From a virus: DNA of 42,537 nt. The stretch's first letter is position 1. Every line of letters starts with the position of its first letter. A program made the position numbers and the translations under genes. Shown here piece by piece: positions 1-10,095 of the stretch. The DNA lies in the UHGV virus genome UHGV-0420230. The stretch is one strand, 5' to 3'. The notes beneath the pieces are model-generated. The model worked only from the letters and a program-made list of their open reading frames with translations, had not been told where the DNA came from and did no database searches.

Positions 1-54
1 ATGTTTCTGATGCGATGAAAGTGGTGGATTCTGCCGTATCGGATGCCGCCAGGC
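1..54. repeat. 54-bp exact copy of 13173-13226 (internal to the DNA circulation gene)
   Basis: Base-by-base comparison: window 1-54 equals 13173-13226, diverging at 55 versus 13227. Confidence 0.9.
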
Positions 55-139
55 ACCATACGCCAGCAAAAGCACCCCCAGCCCGCCCCATCGTTTTTTT
101 ATACCCGCGAAAAATGAAATTTAACCAGGAGTGCCGCAT

Positions 140-634
140 ATGGCTGGAACGGCGGGGCGTTCCGGGCGTCGCCCCAAGCCAACGGCGCGCAAGGCGCTGG
201 CCGGAAACCCCGGCAAGCGAGCCCTGAATAAAGATGAACCTGTTTTTACGCCCATCAAAGGTGTTGAGCCACCGGAGTGGTTCGCTGAAGAAGATCTCCC
301 TCTCGCCACGATCATGTGGCAACTGACAACTAAAGAACTTTGCGGTCAGGGCCTGCTGTGCGTGACTGACCTCGCGGTGCTTGAGCGGTGGTGTGTGGCC
401 TATGAGTTCTGGCGACGTGCCGTGAAAAATATTGCCAGACAGGGCAACACCATCACCGGTGCAATGGGCGGTATGGTCAAAAATCCTGAGCTGACCGCCA
501 AAAAAGAACAGGAGTCCGAGATGAGCAGCACGGGGGCAATGCTCGGACTCGACCCCAGCAGCCGCCAGCGTCTGATTGGCCTGGCGGGGCAGAAGAAAGC
601 TACTAACCCGTTTCTGAAAATCATCGAATCATGA
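140..634 (+). CDS. terminase small subunit (P27-family-like)
   Basis: N-terminus [34 protein letters not shown] matches the P27-type small terminase signature; AGGAG at 127-131 precedes ATG at 140; stop overlaps the large subunit start (ATGA). The track start at 131 is a GTG overlapping the RBS. Confidence 0.8.
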   Translation: MAGTAGRSGRRPKPTARKALAGNPGKRALNKDEPVFTPIKGVEPPEWFAEEDLPLATIMWQLTTKELCGQGLLCVTDLAVLERWCVAYEFWRRAVKNIARQGNTITGAMGGMVKNPELTAKKEQESEMSSTGAMLGLDPSSRQRLIGLAGQKKATNPFLKIIES

Positions 635-2364
635 GCCGGAAATCTTACCCCAACGTAAATGCTGCCAATCAGTATGCCCGGGATGTCGTTCGCGGAAAGA
701 TTGTGGCCTGCCAGTTTGTGATTCAGGCCTGCCAGCGCCATCTTGATGACCTGATGGCGGAAAAAAGTAAGTCGTTTCGTTACCGCTTCGACAAGGACCT
801 GGCTGAACGGGCCGCCAAATTTATTCAGCTGTTGCCGCACACCAAGGGTGAGTGGGCATTCAAGAGGATGCCCATCACGCTGGAGCCGTGGCAGCTCTTT
901 GTGATCTGCTGTGCGTTTGGCTGGGTCAATAAAGGCTCCCGGCTGCGCCGCTTCCGGGAGGTGTATACCGAAATCCCCCGTAAGAACGGCAAATCGGCAA
1001 TCTCTGCCGGTGTCGCCCTGTATTGTTTTGCCTGTGATAACGAGTTCGGCGCGGAAGTGTATTCCGGTGCCACGACGGAGAAACAGGCATGGGAAGTCTT
1101 TCGTCCGGCACGACTGATGTGTAAACGCACACCCATGCTGACGGAAGCGTTCGGGATTGAGGTTAACGCCTCAAACATGAACCGTCCGGAGGATGGTGCG
1201 CGTTTTGAACCGCTGATCGGTAACCCTGGTGATGGTTCATCACCCCACTGTGCGGTGGTGGATGAATATCACGAGCACGCCACCGATGCGCTTTATACCA
1301 CGATGCTTACCGGGATGGGGGCGCGACGTCAGCCACTGATGTGGGCCATCACCACCGCCGGGTACAACATTGAGGGGCCGTGCTACGACAAGCGGCGGGA
1401 AGTTATCGAGATGCTCAACGGTTCGGTACCCAACGATGAACTGTTCGGGATCATCTATACCGTTGATGAAGGTGACGACTGGACCGACCCGCAGGTGCTG
1501 GAAAAAGCCAATCCAAATATTGGCGTGTCGGTTTATCGCGAATTTTTGTTAAGTCAGCAGCAGCGTGCGAAAAATAACGCCCGTCTGGCAAACGTCTTTA
1601 AAACAAAACACCTCAATATCTGGGTGTCGGCACGTTCGGCGTATTTCAACCTGGTGAGCTGGCAGAGCTGCGAGGATAAATCACTGACCCTTGAGCAGTT
1701 CGAGGGGCAGCCGTGCATTCTGGCCTTTGACCTGGCGCGTAAGCTGGATATGAACAGCATGGCGCGACTTTATACCCGCGAGATTGACGGTAAAACGCAT
1801 TACTACAGTGTAGCCCCGCGTTTCTGGGTACCGTATGACACGGTGTACAGCGTCGAGAAAAATGAAGATCGCCGGACAGCCGAACGCTTTCAGAAATGGG
1901 TGGAAATGGGCGTCCTGACCGTTACCGATGGTGCAGAGGTGGATTATCGCTACATCCTCGAAGAGGCCAAAGCAGCGAACAAAATCAGCCCGGTCAGCGA
2001 GTCACCCATCGACCCCTTCGGGGCGACCGGGCTGTCACATGACCTTGCTGATGAAGACCTGAATCCCATCACCATCATTCAGAACTACACCAACATGTCC
2101 GACCCGATGAAAGAGCTGGAAGCGGCAATTGAATCGGGGCGCTTTCATCATGACGGCAATCCCATCATGACCTGGTGTATCGGCAACGTGGTCGGCAAAA
2201 CCATTCCGGGTAACGATGATGTGGTGAAGCCCGTCAAAGAGCAGGCGGAAAACAAAATCGATGGTGCAGTTGCGCTGATTATGGCGGTTGGCAGAGCCAT
2301 GCTGTATGAGAAAGAAGACACGCTGTCCGACCACATTGAGTCCTACGGGATCCGCTCGCTTTAA
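631..2364 (+). CDS. terminase large subunit
   Basis: 577 aa, immediately follows the small subunit, precedes portal; ATPase-like and nuclease-like regions consistent with a large terminase. Confidence 0.85.
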   Translation: MSRKSYPNVNAANQYARDVVRGKIVACQFVIQACQRHLDDLMAEKSKSFRYRFDKDLAERAAKFIQLLPHTKGEWAFKRMPITLEPWQLFVICCAFGWVNKGSRLRRFREVYTEIPRKNGKSAISAGVALYCFACDNEFGAEVYSGATTEKQAWEVFRPARLMCKRTPMLTEAFGIEVNASNMNRPEDGARFEPLIGNPGDGSSPHCAVVDEYHEHATDALYTTMLTGMGARRQPLMWAITTAGYNIEGPCYDKRREVIEMLNGSVPNDELFGIIYTVDEGDDWTDPQVLEKANPNIGVSVYREFLLSQQQRAKNNARLANVFKTKHLNIWVSARSAYFNLVSWQSCEDKSLTLEQFEGQPCILAFDLARKLDMNSMARLYTREIDGKTHYYSVAPRFWVPYDTVYSVEKNEDRRTAERFQKWVEMGVLTVTDGAEVDYRYILEEAKAANKISPVSESPIDPFGATGLSHDLADEDLNPITIIQNYTNMSDPMKELEAAIESGRFHHDGNPIMTWCIGNVVGKTIPGNDDVVKPVKEQAENKIDGAVALIMAVGRAMLYEKEDTLSDHIESYGIRSL

Positions 2365-2375
2365 CTGAGGTAATT

Positions 2376-2558
2376 ATGATCATGCTGATTCTCGCGCCTC
2401 TGGTGGGCGTGCTGGGGGTGCTTTTGCTGGCGTATGGTGCCTGGCTGATTTATCCCCCGGCGGGGTTTGTTGTTGCCGGGGCGTTGTGCCTGTTCTGGTC
2501 GTGGCTGGTGGCGCGATATCTCGACCGTACACAGATGTCTGTTGGTGGAGGTAAATAG
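2376..2558 (+). CDS. small hydrophobic protein (hypothetical)
   Basis: 60-aa ORF, largely hydrophobic ([23 protein letters not shown]), packed between terminase and portal. Confidence 0.4.
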   Translation: MIMLILAPLVGVLGVLLLAYGAWLIYPPAGFVVAGALCLFWSWLVARYLDRTQMSVGGGK

Positions 2559-3799
2559 TGTTCTTTTCGGGATTATTTCAACGAAAAAGTGACGCACCGG
2601 TGACCACGCCAGCAGAGCTGGTGGATGCTATCGGGCTGTCATACGACACCTATACCGGAAAGCAGATCAGCAGCCAGAGGGCCATGCGACTGACGGCGGT
2701 TTTTTCCTGCGTCAGGGTGCTGGCGGAGTCGGTCGGGATGTTGCCCTGCAACCTGTATCACCTGAACGGCAGCCTGAAGCAGAGAGCCACTGGCGAACGT
2801 CTGCATAAGCTGATCTCCACGCATCCCAATGGCTATATGACGCCGCAGGAGTTCTGGGAGCTGGTGGTCACCTGTCTGTGCCTGCGGGGAAACTTTTACG
2901 CCTACAAAGTGAAAGCATTTGGCGAAGTGGCTGAACTGCTGCCCGTCGATCCCGGCTGTGTGGTACCGAAGCTTAACAGTAGCTGGGAGCCGGTCTATCA
3001 GGTCACATTCCCGGATGGCTCCACGGATGTACTGAGCCAGGAGGATATCTGGCATGTGCGCACGCTGACGCTGGACGGACTGGTGGGGCTGAATCCCGTC
3101 GCCTATGCCCGCGAGGCAATATCGCTGGCGGCAGCGACCGAAGAGCACGGGGCCAGACTGTTCAGCAATGGCGCGGTGACGTCGGGTGTGTTGCGTACAG
3201 AGCAGACGCTGTCAGATCAGGCTTATGAGCGCCTGAAGAAAGATTTTGAGGAGCGTCACACCGGGCTTGGCAATGCTCACCGCCCGATGATCCTTGAGAT
3301 GGGGCTGGACTGGAAGTCGATGGCGCTGAACGCCGAGGACAGCCAGTTCCTGGAAACCCGCAAGTTTCAGCTTGAAGAAATCTGTCGTCTGTTCCGTGTG
3401 CCATTGCACATGGTGCAGAACACCGATCGCGCCACCTTCAACAATATCGAAGAGCTGGGGCTGGGATTTATCAACTATTCACTGGTGCCGTATCTGACCC
3501 GCATTGAGCAGCGGATCAACACCGGACTGGTACGAAAAAGTAAGCAGGGCGTTTATTACGCCAAATTTAACGCCGGGGCGTTACTGCGCGGGGATATGAA
3601 GTCCCGTTTTGAAGCCTACGCCACCGGGATTAACTGGGGAATTTACTCTCCCAATGACTGCCGCGACCTGGAAGATATGAATCCGCGTCCCGGTGGGGAT
3701 GTCTATCTCACACCGATGAACATGACCACGAAACCCTCCGATGGCAGTAAAGCCGGTAAGCAGAAGGATAACGCCAATGCAGACGAAACAACGTCTTGA
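2558..3799 (+). CDS. portal protein (HK97 family)
   Basis: 413 aa in the canonical position after the large terminase; GTG start with GGAGG upstream; portal-like sequence. Confidence 0.8.
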   Translation: MFFSGLFQRKSDAPVTTPAELVDAIGLSYDTYTGKQISSQRAMRLTAVFSCVRVLAESVGMLPCNLYHLNGSLKQRATGERLHKLISTHPNGYMTPQEFWELVVTCLCLRGNFYAYKVKAFGEVAELLPVDPGCVVPKLNSSWEPVYQVTFPDGSTDVLSQEDIWHVRTLTLDGLVGLNPVAYAREAISLAAATEEHGARLFSNGAVTSGVLRTEQTLSDQAYERLKKDFEERHTGLGNAHRPMILEMGLDWKSMALNAEDSQFLETRKFQLEEICRLFRVPLHMVQNTDRATFNNIEELGLGFINYSLVPYLTRIEQRINTGLVRKSKQGVYYAKFNAGALLRGDMKSRFEAYATGINWGIYSPNDCRDLEDMNPRPGGDVYLTPMNMTTKPSDGSKAGKQKDNANADETTS

Positions 3800-4427
3800 T
3801 GTACCGCTGAGTCTGAAATCTGTCAGTGACTCCGGTGAGTTTGAAGGGTATGGCTCCGTCTTTGGTGTAAAGGACAGCCACGATGATGTGGTGATGTCCG
3901 GGGCATTTGCTGCTTCCCTGCGGGCGTGGAGTGACAGAAAAGCGTTACCTGCGCTGCTCTGGCAGCACCGCATGGATGAGCCCATCGGAGTTTACACCGA
4001 AATGAAGGAAGACGATGTCGGGCTTTACGTCAGGGGGCGGTTGCTCATTGATGATGATCCCCTGGCAAAACGCGCACATGCACACATGAAGGCCGGTTCG
4101 TTAACCGGCCTTTCTATTGGGTACGTCCTGAAAGACTGGGAATACGACCGGACGAAAGAAGCCTTTTTGCTGAAAGAAATCGACCTCTGGGAAGTCAGTC
4201 TGGTGACGTTTCCGTCTAACGACGAGGCGCGGATCAGCGACGTCAAGAACGCGCTGGCCCGCGGGGAAATCCCTGAACAGAAAAAAATCGAAAGAGTCCT
4301 GCGTGATGTCGGACTCTCCCGTACCCAGGCCAAAGCATTCATGGCCGGGGGCTATGGCGCACTGTCCCTGCGCGACGCTGAGGATGTGGGCTCTGCACTG
4401 AATGCACTGAAAAATCTGAACTTCTAA
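3777..4427 (+). CDS. prohead protease (HK97 family)
   Basis: Follows portal and precedes capsid; AAGGA RBS before ATG 3777 (the track start 3741 overlaps portal more deeply). Confidence 0.75.
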   Translation: MQTKQRLDVPLSLKSVSDSGEFEGYGSVFGVKDSHDDVVMSGAFAASLRAWSDRKALPALLWQHRMDEPIGVYTEMKEDDVGLYVRGRLLIDDDPLAKRAHAHMKAGSLTGLSIGYVLKDWEYDRTKEAFLLKEIDLWEVSLVTFPSNDEARISDVKNALARGEIPEQKKIERVLRDVGLSRTQAKAFMAGGYGALSLRDAEDVGSALNALKNLNF

Positions 4428-4441
4428 TCAGGAGAAATACG

Positions 4442-5647
4442 ATGGCGGTTGATATTAAAGATGTGGAACAGGTCGCGCAGGAGCTGCAGCAGAAGTTTGA
4501 CGACTTCAAGGCAAAGAACGACAAGCGCGTGGATGCGATTGAGCAGGAAAAAGGCAAACTTGCCGGGCAGGTGGAAACCCTGAACGGGAAACTCAGCGAG
4601 CTGGAAAATCTCAAAAGCGATCTTGAAAAAGAGCTGCTTGAGCTGAAACGTCCGGCAGGTGGTGTGCAAAATAAACTGGCCACCGAGCATAAAGAAGCGT
4701 TTGTGGGCTTTCTGCGTAAAGGCCGTGAAGACGGTCTGCGCGATCTGGAGCGCAAGGCATTACAGGTGGGCACCGATGAAGACGGTGGCTATGCCGTGCC
4801 GGAAGCACTGGATCGCAACATTCTCACCCTGCTGAAAGATGAAGTGGTGATGCGCCAGGAAGCTACGGTGATCACTGTTGGCGGTTCCGACTACAAAAAA
4901 CTGGTGAATCTGGGCGGTACGGCTTCCGGATGGGTGGGGGAAACGGATACGCGATCCCAGACTGCCACCTCCAGACTGGAGCTGATTGAACCTCTCATGG
5001 GGGAAATTTACGGCAACCCGCAGGCTACCCAGAAAATGCTGGACGATGCCTTCTTCAACGTGGAGGCCTGGATCAACAGCGAGCTGGCAACTGAATTTGC
5101 CGAACAGGAAGAAATTGCCTTTACCTCAGGCGATGGTACCAAGAAGCCGAAAGGGTTCCTGGCGTATGAATCCACCGATGAAACCGATAAGGTCCGGGCG
5201 TTCGGCAAACTTCAGCATATTGTATCCGGCGAAGCGACGGGGGTGACCGCAGACGCCATTATCAAACTGATTTACACGCTGCGTAAGGCACACCGCACTG
5301 GCGCGAAGTTCATGATGAACAACAACAGCCTGTTTGCCATCCGTCTGCTGAAAGACAGCGAGGGTAACTATCTGTGGCGTCCGGGGCTGGAGCTGGGGCA
5401 GCCGTCCTCTCTGGCGGGTTACGGTATCGCTGAAAACGAACAGATGCCGGATATCGCCGCTGATGCGAAAGCCATTGCATTTGGTAACTTCAAACGGGGT
5501 TACACCATCGTTGACCGTATCGGCACCCGCATTCTGCGTGACCCGTACACCAATAAACCGTTTGTCGGTTTTTATACCACCAAGCGCACCGGCGGGATGC
5601 TGGTCGATTCGCAGGCCATCAAACTGCTGAAGATTGCAGCGGCGTAA
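4442..5647 (+). CDS. major capsid protein (HK97 family)
   Basis: 401 aa with N-terminal coiled-coil delta-domain-like region (EKGKLAGQVETLNGKLSELENLKSDLEKELLELKRP); AGGAG RBS. Confidence 0.85.
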   Translation: MAVDIKDVEQVAQELQQKFDDFKAKNDKRVDAIEQEKGKLAGQVETLNGKLSELENLKSDLEKELLELKRPAGGVQNKLATEHKEAFVGFLRKGREDGLRDLERKALQVGTDEDGGYAVPEALDRNILTLLKDEVVMRQEATVITVGGSDYKKLVNLGGTASGWVGETDTRSQTATSRLELIEPLMGEIYGNPQATQKMLDDAFFNVEAWINSELATEFAEQEEIAFTSGDGTKKPKGFLAYESTDETDKVRAFGKLQHIVSGEATGVTADAIIKLIYTLRKAHRTGAKFMMNNNSLFAIRLLKDSEGNYLWRPGLELGQPSSLAGYGIAENEQMPDIAADAKAIAFGNFKRGYTIVDRIGTRILRDPYTNKPFVGFYTTKRTGGMLVDSQAIKLLKIAAA

Positions 5648-5654
5648 TCACTCA

Positions 5655-5675
5655 GGGGCGCGGAACCGCGCCCCC
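5655..5675 (+). other. GC-rich stem-loop after the capsid gene (possible attenuator or RNA stability element)
   Basis: Perfect inverted repeat GGGGCGCGG-AA-CCGCGCCCC at 5655-5675; no T-run follows. Confidence 0.4.
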
Positions 5676-5696
5676 TGTTCTGACGGGTGAAGAATC

Positions 5697-5897
5697 ATGA
5701 TCCTGAAACAAGATCTGAAATGGTCACCGGACGGTATGCGTGTTGAGGTCATTCGGGCCGGTGAGTATGACGACGGGGCACTTCCTGCCCGGGTGCAGGA
5801 GATTGCACTTCAGGCCGGGTTAGCAGAGCGCGGAATCAGTGCAAAAAGCAGTAAAGCGGCAAAAGAGAAAAAAGCCACGACCAGTAAAGAGGGCTGA
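5697..5897 (+). CDS. hypothetical protein
   Basis: 66-aa ORF filling the gap between capsid and connector genes. Confidence 0.4.
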   Translation: MILKQDLKWSPDGMRVEVIRAGEYDDGALPARVQEIALQAGLAERGISAKSSKAAKEKKATTSKEG

Positions 5898-5899
5898 GT

Positions 5900-6223
5900 A
5901 TGCTTCTGACAATGGAAGAGATTAAAGCCCAACTCCGGCTGGATGAGGATTTCGATGCTGATGACCGCCATCTGCAACTGCTGGCCTGTGCGGCACAAAA
6001 GCGGACGGAAACGTATCTGAACCGGAAGCTCTATGCACCGGATGAAACCATTCCGGACAGCGATCCGGACGGGCTGCACCTGCCGGATGATATTCGTCTG
6101 GGGATGCTGATGCTTATCAGCCATTTTTACGAAAACCGCTCGTCGGTTACGGAAGTGGAGAAACTCGACATGCCGCAGAGTTTTGGCTGGCTTGTCGGCC
6201 CGTACAGGTACTTTCCGCAATGA
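5900..6223 (+). CDS. head-tail connector (gp6-like)
   Basis: 107 aa, position and size typical of a head-tail connector after the capsid. Confidence 0.65.
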   Translation: MLLTMEEIKAQLRLDEDFDADDRHLQLLACAAQKRTETYLNRKLYAPDETIPDSDPDGLHLPDDIRLGMLMLISHFYENRSSVTEVEKLDMPQSFGWLVGPYRYFPQ

Positions 6224-6630
6224 AAATTCGTCAGGCGCAGACCAGCGCAACCTACATTCTGCCGGACCCCGGTGAACTGAATAAACGCGTCCTGATCCGC
6301 CAGCGGGTGGATATGCCCGCGGATAACTTTGGCGTGGATCCTCAATACCCGGTTGCGTTCCGGACATGGGCGAAGGTTGTCCAGACCAGTGCCACCACCT
6401 GGCAGGAAACCGCGCAGACCGGGGACGCCATCACCCATTACATCACCATTCGTTACCGCCGGGGGATCACCGCTGATTATGAGGTGGTCTGCGGTGACAG
6501 TGTGTACCGGGTGAAACGTCAGCGCGATCTGAACGGGGCGCGGCGCTTTCTGCTGCTGGAGTGTACGGAACTGGGCGAATTTACGCAGAGTCACGGAGGC
6601 AGCAATGGCGACTCCCTTTTTTCACGTTGA
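6220..6630 (+). CDS. head closure / head-tail adaptor protein
   Basis: 136 aa, overlapping start; position within the head-tail joining module. Confidence 0.65.
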   Translation: MKIRQAQTSATYILPDPGELNKRVLIRQRVDMPADNFGVDPQYPVAFRTWAKVVQTSATTWQETAQTGDAITHYITIRYRRGITADYEVVCGDSVYRVKRQRDLNGARRFLLLECTELGEFTQSHGGSNGDSLFSR

Positions 6631-7111
6631 TGTTCAGCAGCCCGCGGAGATGCGCTTTAACCGTGCCCGTGTCCGGCGGGCGTTTGTCACGATTGGGCAG
6701 CGTCATATGCGTGATGCCCGTCGGCTGGTGATGCGCCGTGCGCGGTCGGCACCGGGTGAAAACCCCGGTTATCAGACCGGACGCCTGGCTCGTTCGATTG
6801 GTTACATGGTGCCGAGAGCCAGTAAAAAGCGAGCCGGTTTTATGACACGCATTGCCCCTAACCAGCGCAACGGGAAGGGGAACCGGATGATCTCTGGTGA
6901 CTTCTATCCGGCGTTTCTGTTTTTTGGTGTCCGGGGAGGAGCAAAGCGTCGTCGCAGCCATCATCGTGGTGCATCCGGTGGCAGCGGCTGGCGACTGGCT
7001 CCACGTAATAACTTTATGGTGGAAACGCTTGAAAAGAACCGCAGCTGGACACGCTATTTTCTGGCGCGGGAATTACGTAAATCACTGAAGCCGGAGCGAC
7101 GACACAGATGA
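6605..7111 (+). CDS. HK97 gp10-like tail component
   Basis: 168 aa basic protein in the head-tail joining module. Confidence 0.55.
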   Translation: MATPFFHVDVQQPAEMRFNRARVRRAFVTIGQRHMRDARRLVMRRARSAPGENPGYQTGRLARSIGYMVPRASKKRAGFMTRIAPNQRNGKGNRMISGDFYPAFLFFGVRGGAKRRRSHHRGASGGSGWRLAPRNNFMVETLEKNRSWTRYFLARELRKSLKPERRHR

Positions 7112-7668
7112 AACTGACGCCTGTTATTGCTGCGCTGCGTGCCCGCTGCCCGTATTTTGAAAACCGGGTGGCAGGCGCGGCACAGTTCAAAAATCTGCCG
7201 GAGGTCGGAAAGTTGAGACTCCCGGCGGCGTATGTGGTACCGGGTGATGACTCTCCGGGAGAAAACAAAAGCCAGACCGACTACTGGCAGGAGCTGAAAG
7301 AGGGCTTCTCCGTGGTTGTCATACTGAGTAACGGGCGTGATGAGCGCGGTCAGTTTGCCTCGTATGATGTGGTGGACGATGTCCGGCAGATGCTCTTTAA
7401 GGCCCTGCTGGGCTGGAACCCGGAAGCGTGCGGTAACCCGATTACCTATGACGGCGGCACGCTGCTGGATCTGAATCGTCATGAGCTGATTTATCAGTTC
7501 GATTTTTCGGTCATCAGCGAGCTGACCGAAGACGATACCCGCCAGCAGGATGAGCTGAACAGTCTGGATGAACTGCGAACGCTGGCGATTGATGTTGATT
7601 ATCTCGATCCCGGTAACGGGCCTGACGGCGATATCGAACATCACACCGAAATAACCCTTCCTTCCTGA
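7108..7668 (+). CDS. tail terminator-like protein (Mu gp37-like)
   Basis: 186 aa immediately upstream of the sheath gene; overlapping start. Confidence 0.5.
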   Translation: MKLTPVIAALRARCPYFENRVAGAAQFKNLPEVGKLRLPAAYVVPGDDSPGENKSQTDYWQELKEGFSVVVILSNGRDERGQFASYDVVDDVRQMLFKALLGWNPEACGNPITYDGGTLLDLNRHELIYQFDFSVISELTEDDTRQQDELNSLDELRTLAIDVDYLDPGNGPDGDIEHHTEITLPS

Positions 7669-7676
7669 GAATCTTC

Positions 7677-7847
7677 ATGTTTGTGAAACCTGTTAAAGGG
7701 CGGTCAGTGCCTGACCCTGCCCGCGGTGACCTTTTGCCCGCCGAAGGGCGAAATGTTGACGAGAACAACTACTGGCTGCGCCGTGAAGCAGCGGGTGATA
7801 TCCGGCGCGTGAATAAAAAGGTGAACACCGATGACGATAATCTTTAA
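7677..7847 (+). CDS. small protein, DUF2635-like (Mu-type tail region)
   Basis: 56-aa ORF not in the supplied track (MFVKPVKGRSVPDPARGDLLPAEGRNVDENNYWLRREAAGDIRRV), overlaps the sheath start by 17 nt; resembles small proteins found before sheath genes in Mu-like phages (from memory). Confidence 0.4.
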   Translation: MFVKPVKGRSVPDPARGDLLPAEGRNVDENNYWLRREAAGDIRRVNKKVNTDDDNL

Positions 7848-9327
7848 CACCATTCCGTCGAATACGCTGGTTCCGCTGTTTTATGCGGAAATGGATAACT
7901 CGGCGGCGAATACTGCACAGGACAGCGGGGCATCGTTGCTGATTGGTCACGCCAATAACGGTGCAGAGATTGTTGCCAACAGTCTGGTGCTGATGCCGTC
8001 GGCAGACTATGCACGCCAGATTTGTGGTGCGGGAAGTCAGCTGGCGCGTATGGTCGAGGCTTATCGCCAGACCGACCCGTTTGGCGAGCTGTATGTGATT
8101 GCCGTTCCGGAAGCCACAGGCGCGGCGGCAACGGTTACGCTGACGGTGACCGGAGCAGCAACCGAAACCGGCACGGTGAATGTGTATGTGGGACGTACCC
8201 GCGTGCAGGCACCGGTGACCAACGGCGATAACGTCACGACGATTGCCAGCAGTATCAAAGATGCCATCAATGCCGTTCCGGCCCTGCCGTTTACGGCCTC
8301 ATCTTCGGCAGGCGTGGTCACACTGACCGCGCGTCATAAGGGGCTTTGCGGGAATGAAATTCCTGTCAGCCTCAATTACTACGGCTTTGGTGGGGGCGAA
8401 GTGCTGCCAGCGGGTGTACAGATTGCCGTGGCGACGGGGACCGCCGGAACGGGCGCTCCGGTTCTCACCGGTGCGGTGGCTGCAATGGCGGATGAGCCGT
8501 TTGATTATATCGGTCTGCCGTTCAACGACACGGCCTCCGTTAACACGCTGGTGACCGAGATGAACGATACCAGCGGTCGCTGGAGCTATGCGCGTCAGCT
8601 GTATGGTCATGTGTATACGGCAAAGATCGGCACGCTGTCAGAACTGGTGACCGCAGGTGACCAGTTTAACCAGCAGCACATCACCCTGGCGGGGTACGAA
8701 AAAGAGACCCAGACGCCTGCCGACGAGCTGGCGGCAAGCCGTACCGCCCGCGCAGCGGTGTTTATCCGCAACGATCCGGCACGTCCCACGCAGACCGGTG
8801 AGCTGGTGGGTATGCTGCCTGCGCCGAAGGGGAAACGGTTCACGATGACCGAGCAGCAGACCCTGCTGTCTCATGGCGTGGCAACGGCGTATGTCGAAAG
8901 CGGGGTGCTGCGCATTCAACGTGATGTCACCACGTACAGGAAAAATGCTTACGGGGTTGCGGATAACAGCTACCTCGACAGCGAGACGCTGCATACCAGT
9001 GCGTATGTACTGCGCAAACTGAAATCCGTCATTACCAGTAAGTACGGGCGTCACAAGCTTGCCTGTGACGGTACCCGCTTTGGTCCCGGTCAGGCGATTG
9101 TCACCCCGGCGGTGATCAAAGGGGAACTGCTGGCAACCTACCGTCAGCTCGAGCGTGCGGGGATCGTGGAAAACTACGAACTGTTCAAGCAGTACCTGGT
9201 TGTGGAGCGTGATGCCAGCGATCCGAACCGCCTGAACACGCTGTTCCCGCCTGACTATGTTAACCAGTTGCGTGTCTTTGCCGTGGTTAACCAGTTCCGT
9301 CTTCAGTATTCAGAGGAGTCTGCATAA
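7831..9327 (+). CDS. contractile tail sheath protein
   Basis: 498 aa, sheath-like, followed directly by a tube protein. Confidence 0.85.
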   Translation: MTIIFNTIPSNTLVPLFYAEMDNSAANTAQDSGASLLIGHANNGAEIVANSLVLMPSADYARQICGAGSQLARMVEAYRQTDPFGELYVIAVPEATGAAATVTLTVTGAATETGTVNVYVGRTRVQAPVTNGDNVTTIASSIKDAINAVPALPFTASSSAGVVTLTARHKGLCGNEIPVSLNYYGFGGGEVLPAGVQIAVATGTAGTGAPVLTGAVAAMADEPFDYIGLPFNDTASVNTLVTEMNDTSGRWSYARQLYGHVYTAKIGTLSELVTAGDQFNQQHITLAGYEKETQTPADELAASRTARAAVFIRNDPARPTQTGELVGMLPAPKGKRFTMTEQQTLLSHGVATAYVESGVLRIQRDVTTYRKNAYGVADNSYLDSETLHTSAYVLRKLKSVITSKYGRHKLACDGTRFGPGQAIVTPAVIKGELLATYRQLERAGIVENYELFKQYLVVERDASDPNRLNTLFPPDYVNQLRVFAVVNQFRLQYSEESA

Positions 9328-9683
9328 TGGCCCGTATCGGGGGAACCTGTTATTTCAAAATTGACGGTCAGCAGCTATCGCTGACCGGCGGCATTGAGGT
9401 GCCCATGAACAGGACGGTCAATGATGACATCATCGGCCTGGACGGTTCAGTGGACCGCAAGGAAACTCACCGTGCGCCTTATGTCAAAGGGACCTTCAAG
9501 GTGCCGAAGAATTTTCCGGTGAGCAAAATCACCTCGTCTGATGAGATGACCATCACTGCCGAGCTGGCGAACGGTCAGGTCTATGTACTGTCGTCTGCCT
9601 GGCTGCACGGCGAAGCGAACCATAATGCCGAAGAAGGCACGGTTGATCTTGAGTTCCACGGTGAAGAAGGGGATTACCAGTGA
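9327..9683 (+). CDS. tail tube protein
   Basis: 118 aa immediately after the sheath; ATG overlaps the sheath stop. Confidence 0.8.
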   Translation: MARIGGTCYFKIDGQQLSLTGGIEVPMNRTVNDDIIGLDGSVDRKETHRAPYVKGTFKVPKNFPVSKITSSDEMTITAELANGQVYVLSSAWLHGEANHNAEEGTVDLEFHGEEGDYQ

Positions 9684-10003
9684 TTGAGCTTGTACTTAAA
9701 AAACCGATCATCGCCCACAAAGAAACACTGCATGTGCTGGAAATACGTGAGCCTACGTATGACGAGATTGAGGCGCTGGGGTTCCCTTTCTCTGTTTCGC
9801 CTGATGGTGGTATGAAAATGGACAGTCAGGTAGCGCTGAAATATATCCCGCTTCTGGCCGGGATCCCGCGCTCGTCTGCAGCGCAGATGACGAAGCTGGA
9901 TATTTTCAAGGCAGGCATGATTGTAATGCGTTTTTTTACCGGCTTGGAGACGGAAGAGACCTCCGGAAGCGATTCTACAATGTCGCGTGGTTCTGGAAAT
10001 TAA
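9680..10003 (+). CDS. tail assembly chaperone
   Basis: 107 aa between tube and tape measure; GTG start. Confidence 0.65.
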   Translation: MIELVLKKPIIAHKETLHVLEIREPTYDEIEALGFPFSVSPDGGMKMDSQVALKYIPLLAGIPRSSAAQMTKLDIFKAGMIVMRFFTGLETEETSGSDSTMSRGSGN

Positions 10004-10095
10004 ACCCCCTTGAACTTCGCCGGACGGCTATTTCCCACTTTGCTGATCTGGAGGCAGAGGCCGTCCGTATAAATGAGGAGATGAAGCATGGCTGA
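9680..10095 (+). CDS. predicted -1 frameshift-extended chaperone (G-T-like fusion product)
   Basis: T7 run 9931-9937 forms a T_TTT_TTT heptamer in the chaperone zero frame; the -1 frame is open from 9805 to TGA 10093-10095, overlapping the tape measure start. Confidence 0.45.

Noticed and set aside
15-227. 70-aa plus-strand ORF at the window start
   Set aside because: Its N-terminus is just the translated 54-bp duplicated fragment; no RBS, and it overlaps the small terminase start region.
400-840. 146-aa minus-strand ORF
   Set aside because: Antisense to the terminase genes, no RBS, no recognisable protein features.
4339-4773. 144-aa Ser-rich minus-strand ORF
   Set aside because: Antisense to the protease-capsid junction; low-complexity composition typical of an antisense frame.
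7054-7644. 196-aa minus-strand ORF
   Set aside because: Antisense to two co-directional tail genes with good coupling; no independent support.
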